A stretch of 64,000 bases of DNA, from assembly GCA_010015585.1 (NCBI GenBank), contig ML975156.1. One strand, given 5' to 3'. The position numbers were made by a program, and so were the translations under genes. The stretch's first letter is position 1. Every line of letters starts with the position of its first letter. This document shows, in pieces, positions 59,761 to 64,000 of the stretch. The stretch comes from Eremomyces bilateralis CBS 781.70 (taxonomy: Eukaryota). The notes below the pieces were generated by a model. The model was not told the DNA's origin. It ran no database searches and saw only the letters and a list, made by a program, of their open reading frames with translations.

Positions 59761-61877
59761 CGCTTTTCTTTATTCCGTAGCTCTTAACTTCCACTCCCTC
59801 GCCGCGAGTGATTCATAATAGGGGCCATTGTCAGTCGAAAATATCCATGGGACGTATCCTTTTAGGGGTGAAATATAATCAAATGTTGGTTTTAGGTAGA
59901 AAATACCTCGGACCTTGGGGTAAGCTTGAACTGCGCGGAATTTGGGAGCTGCATCAGTTGATGAATTGAACTGACGTCGCATTGACCTTAAGATACATCC
60001 ACGTGATTCAGCCCTATGAGAAGCACACCTGTGAGCTGGTTCATTCATCTACGTGCCTCGTCCCATGGATCTTGATTCTTGAAGGCATCTTTAATAACAA
60101 CATCCAAGGTGGTAGGTAGTGAAAGTATTAAGTATATCATCAGGACTTGAAATCCACAAAGTGCTTTAGGACTGTTGGTAATGGTGTGCTCAGTAGCTTC
60201 AGAGCTATTTCCTAGATATCCTCATTTCCAAATCCTCCGTTCTGGATATTTCCTAGGCTGGAGACAGTCTTCTAACTTCTAAGACTACAGACGAAGTATT
60301 TCGTTTCTCAGATATTTCGACACTAAGGTAATAATTCCAATCTCTACTATCTTCGTACAGCGGTCAGACGCTCCGGTCCGCAGAAAGTCGAATCCAAGCT
60401 CTTGCGTTGCTATTTTCTAAGTCTCATCTCAAATCCAGTCACCTTTCATGTCATGCTTTTTGACGGGTTCGAACATGACTGTGGAGTGTCGATCAACGTC
60501 AAGTCTTCGTCAGTCGCCGCAGTGACCAGCACACTGTCTCGATGACCTCTGGTGTGCGAGAACCTTATGTCCGTTCGTCAACTCCAAGTATAGCACCGAA
60601 AGAGCATTGGGTAGACCAGGCAAGACTCAGTGATTACTGGCTTCCATATTCCAACCCTGCACGGAAGCGGTGTGACTGGTGGCAGCTCCGAATGCCTCCA
60701 ATCCATGAAACTTACTGCTAACGCACTAGCCAATCAGATATTCCATACCAGGTTGGAGATGATGTTCACAGAAAGGATCAGGAGAAACCATCCGATGGAA
60801 ACTTGCATCTGCCTTCAACATGGATCGCATCCTGGCGGCTACAATGCGAAGATGATTTATGTCCTTGACGGTTGACCCCTCATCCTCGATAAGAATGGAA
60901 ATCCAGGCTCCAGCTTCCATTTGATGGTACCTGGGTCCTGGGGCTGCAACTTACCGCCGAGGCGCATTTGGCAGGCTTACTCACGAAAAAAACGTATCCA
61001 GGCCAGCTCCATTTGGCCATTCCTGCATCTCGATTCCTCGGAGCTGTCGAACACTCGTCTGGTTGCCTTCCCAGCCAGCTATAGTCAACATTTGCGCAAG
61101 GGGTGTCATCATGTACATTGCCCATGTAACAGGGTCGTTTCCCCTCCATTCTCGATTGGTAAATCAACACTTGCGCAACGGCATTGATCATGAGTACCAG
61201 TATCTCGGATACCTGGAGCTGAGGGAAGGCTCACTGCTCACTGCTCATTGCTCAGCGTGTCAGTCAGTCCGACTCCCACCAATTCCCGAACCGCCGCATT
61301 GGTGTCAACACGAAAGTTTACTCAGGACAAACAATCAGGATGGCTCCCAATCAAACTCTGCGGATCATGACATCGGAGACGCTAGGCGACGAGTGACATT
61401 TTGGAACCCCCATGCAAGCCTTGCTCCCTACTCAGGATTTTTTCGGTTCGTCATCAGACCGACGAAATGTTCCGGTCATGATCTGCAGGAGAGGCAAAAG
61501 AAAAGAAAGGCACATGCCGTTGACCACGATCTGAATCTTATTGGGGCGGAACAAGATCTGGAAACAAACTGCTCGTTGTGCACCGGTCAGGCGCTCACTT
61601 CAGCACTCAAAACTCAAAAGCAGCTACTGACCGGGGTTCTCAAAGACTTGCTACGATTTACGAAGATTCTTTAGTGCCCAGTGGTGGGTTGGATTGGCGA
61701 GTGGCTTGATCAACAGCAAGTCATCGAGCCCCCTTTCTTTCCCCAGTTATTCCAGTCCAGGTACAGATTTGAACACGGGTTTCTAGCCTTTTCTGGAAGT
61801 ATTCGAACTTTGGTCAAATTTCTCTCCCTGCAGATGATGGCTGTTTTTATCCCTGGTGGAGAATGCTGATCTCTGTT

Positions 61878-62163
61878 TCACTGTTCAACAGTCGTTTCTG
61901 GGATCTTTGGAAGTTTGGATTGATGACGACTGTAGATTAGTTGCCAATGATCTGCATTGGTGTAGACTAGGGCCTGGGGCATGCCATATTGTCTATTGAG
62001 GATCGAGCGAATGTGGCTTGTTCTCAATTTTGCCTTGCGGTTCCATCGGCGGTACTGGATGACTCCCAAACCCCGATTCCTGGCTTCCCGCATGTCGCAG
62101 CTAGCCGTATCATGTTGTCAGCATTTCGGCACTTGAGTGACCGCACTTCAGATCGGCCGGCAT
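61878..62163 (-). CDS. Candidate small spliced ORF (79 aa) or spliced non-coding transcript
   Basis: aaaATG at 62163; a 46-nt intron 62101-62146 (GTGCGG..CTGAC..TAG) joins in frame to ORF 61878-62093. Upstream intron-like segment 62183-62428 (GTGAGT..CTGAT..CAG). No recognisable homology. Confidence 0.25.
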
Positions 62164-64000
62164 TTTGCCAAGTTCTGGACTTCTGCCGATCAGCTCAATA
62201 CTATTACAAGCATAATTCGTGAAAATAGCGAGAATAGCGACAAGGAGCGGCAGGGCTGGTGTTGGACTTGATATGATGGTGGGGCATGACTGACTGGATC
62301 CTGGATGAGCGGAATGGGCGATGGTGAGAAGGAAGGATGAAGTCACCCCCATGAAGAGTCTCAACAGAGGCCCCAGCAGAGGGCACACTGGGGACAAGGG
62401 TGATCTCAAGTCTCAACTCTGAACTCACTGATCGATTTTCACGATTTCACGATTTCACAGTCAAAGCGGAAGTGAAGTGAAGAATCAAGGAAACATGGGT
62501 GAGGGGAAGCCTGCTGGAGATTACGCGCTTCGTACCCAAAAATACGCCTACCTTCACGTCCCTGTACCTGCACTGCACCAGCCCCCAGGCATTAAGGCAT
62601 TAAGGCAGCCATGTCTCCCCTTCGCGCCTTCTCGGATCTCTGACAGTTTTTGATATTTCGTGTCCATCTCATCGCTCATGTCAGGTCTCGCACTCTTAAC
62701 TGAGGGTTGAACTGATAAACTCTCCAATAAGCTCTTGCTTTCAGGTCTCTGCAAAACTCCAAGTCCTGTTTCTGAACGCCCGAATGTTTTTGACGCTGGC
62801 GCTGTCGGGGTCCCTAGTGGGCCAACGTATCAGATTCAGACGAGTATCTACCTACTGTGGGCTACAGTCAACATCCTCACATCTCTCATATGAGACGATG
62901 GAGATCGCCAAAGCAATCGCGAAGGAGTACCCTATCATGATGACTGTTCGCAGTCTTACAGCATCGGTGTGCAACCTCTCTGAGGCTCGCACGAGTAAAT
63001 ATATGTTGTACGGAACCTTTGGATACCTTCCTCACCTTGGGATTGTGGCGGTACAGAGAGAGCCTTTTCCCTAACGGGATCACAAAACAGGCAACAGCCA
63101 ATAGGACAGCAAGCAGAGTGAACTGAAAGCAGACAGGATGCAGCAGGCAGCCAGAGAATTCCGCACTTGCCTACGATGGGTGATCTGCCTGGTGGCTTCG
63201 TGTGGTGAGTGGTCGCCTCACAGCTGGCGCCCTTCATTTCCTTGGGTCAGTTGGGCACACAACATCAGCATCGTAATTCAGAAAGGGACCCTCCTCCGGA
63301 GGATAATTTTTCCCAGGCGTTGTTGATCTGGCTTGCACCCGGTTGCGGGCCCGTTGCTGGGTTGCTCGGTGCTCCAGACCAAGATTGCCCCATCCCCTTG
63401 TTCGGCAAGCAGTTAATGGGAGGCTTCAGAGTTCTGAGTTCTGGGAGGTGAGAGCCAATAAAGCAAGCTGTATTATGTCCAGCCGCATTTGCTTCCATCT
63501 GTATGCTCGAGGGAGCCAGTGACGAGCCAGTCCCGGTGACACAACCATCTCGAATTTCTCGATCCATTTGAAGAATTGGAAGGCGGCGAAAACGTTTTTT
63601 GCGCAGTCATGCCGAGCATCAGACTCAGACAGGGAGCGCAGAGCATGGACCGCGAGACGAAGAGACGACGGCTGCAAGCGGCAACGGGCCTGGCATTCGC
63701 AAGCCGATGGGGCGAAGTGGCGCCTGCAAGCCTGCGTGTGCTAAGTGCCATGAGCTAACCCAGGCAAGCAACTAGCAATGCCGAGCGGTGGGTGCACCGT
63801 GTATTCGCTGTCGCCCAGATGCGACATGCGACCGGAGGGCGGAGATGATGAAGTGTTCACTTTAGTCCCTCCCATTTGCTGCGCTTCGGCTTACCCTAGC
63901 CCATTGCGCCCGCGCCTCTCTCCCCCCCGTCAAACAAGAAGGTGGGCTTGGGGTATGGGCGCCTTGAGCGGGTGACGGGAATAGAACCAGACAGGAGGAA

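Noticed and set aside
63755..63761. CTAACCC as a telomerase template or telomeric seed
   Set aside because: Single short occurrence with no repeat array or supporting structure.
1..64000. Transposons, RIP-degraded repeats, CRISPR arrays, rRNA or snRNA genes
   Set aside because: No transposase/RT motifs, LTR/TIR pairs, strongly AT-rich RIP blocks, spaced repeats or recognisable structural RNA sequences seen.

Overview
This is a gene-dense eukaryotic window from a filamentous ascomycete (Pezizomycotina-type GT-AG introns of about 46-130 nt with CTRAY branch points; the species cannot be determined from sequence alone). I reconstructed about 22 mostly spliced genes. In order: SEC11 (partial), NHP6, CENP-H-like, ATG11, phosphoglucomutase, KES1/OSH4-like, a Ser/Pro-rich orphan, a CSC1/OSCA channel, REX2, POL1, a membrane-anchored GH71 alpha-1,3-glucanase, a probable Rum1/Sic1-type CDK inhibitor, DUO1, NST1, RHO2, MRPL28, PCM1/AGM1, ISA2, kynureninase, a TFIIIC Tfc6-like subunit, profilin, a fungal transcription factor with a half zinc cluster, and a polytopic membrane protein. 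I found no tRNA, rRNA, CRISPR array or recognisable transposon. The most interesting observations are: (1) a cryptic terminal exon of ATG11 that would add a WDSL Atg8-interacting-type motif by alternative splicing; (2) an apparently hypothetical protein with the ordered motifs of the CDK inhibitor Rum1, sharing a CACGTG/forkhead-motif promoter with DUO1; (3) a 6-nt microexon encoding part of the RHO2 switch I loop; (4) five MCB elements inside NHP6 introns, plus an optional acidic tail; (5) a type II membrane GH71; (6) recurrent C-rich to G-rich strand-skew flips. All family assignments come from motif recognition, not database searches.
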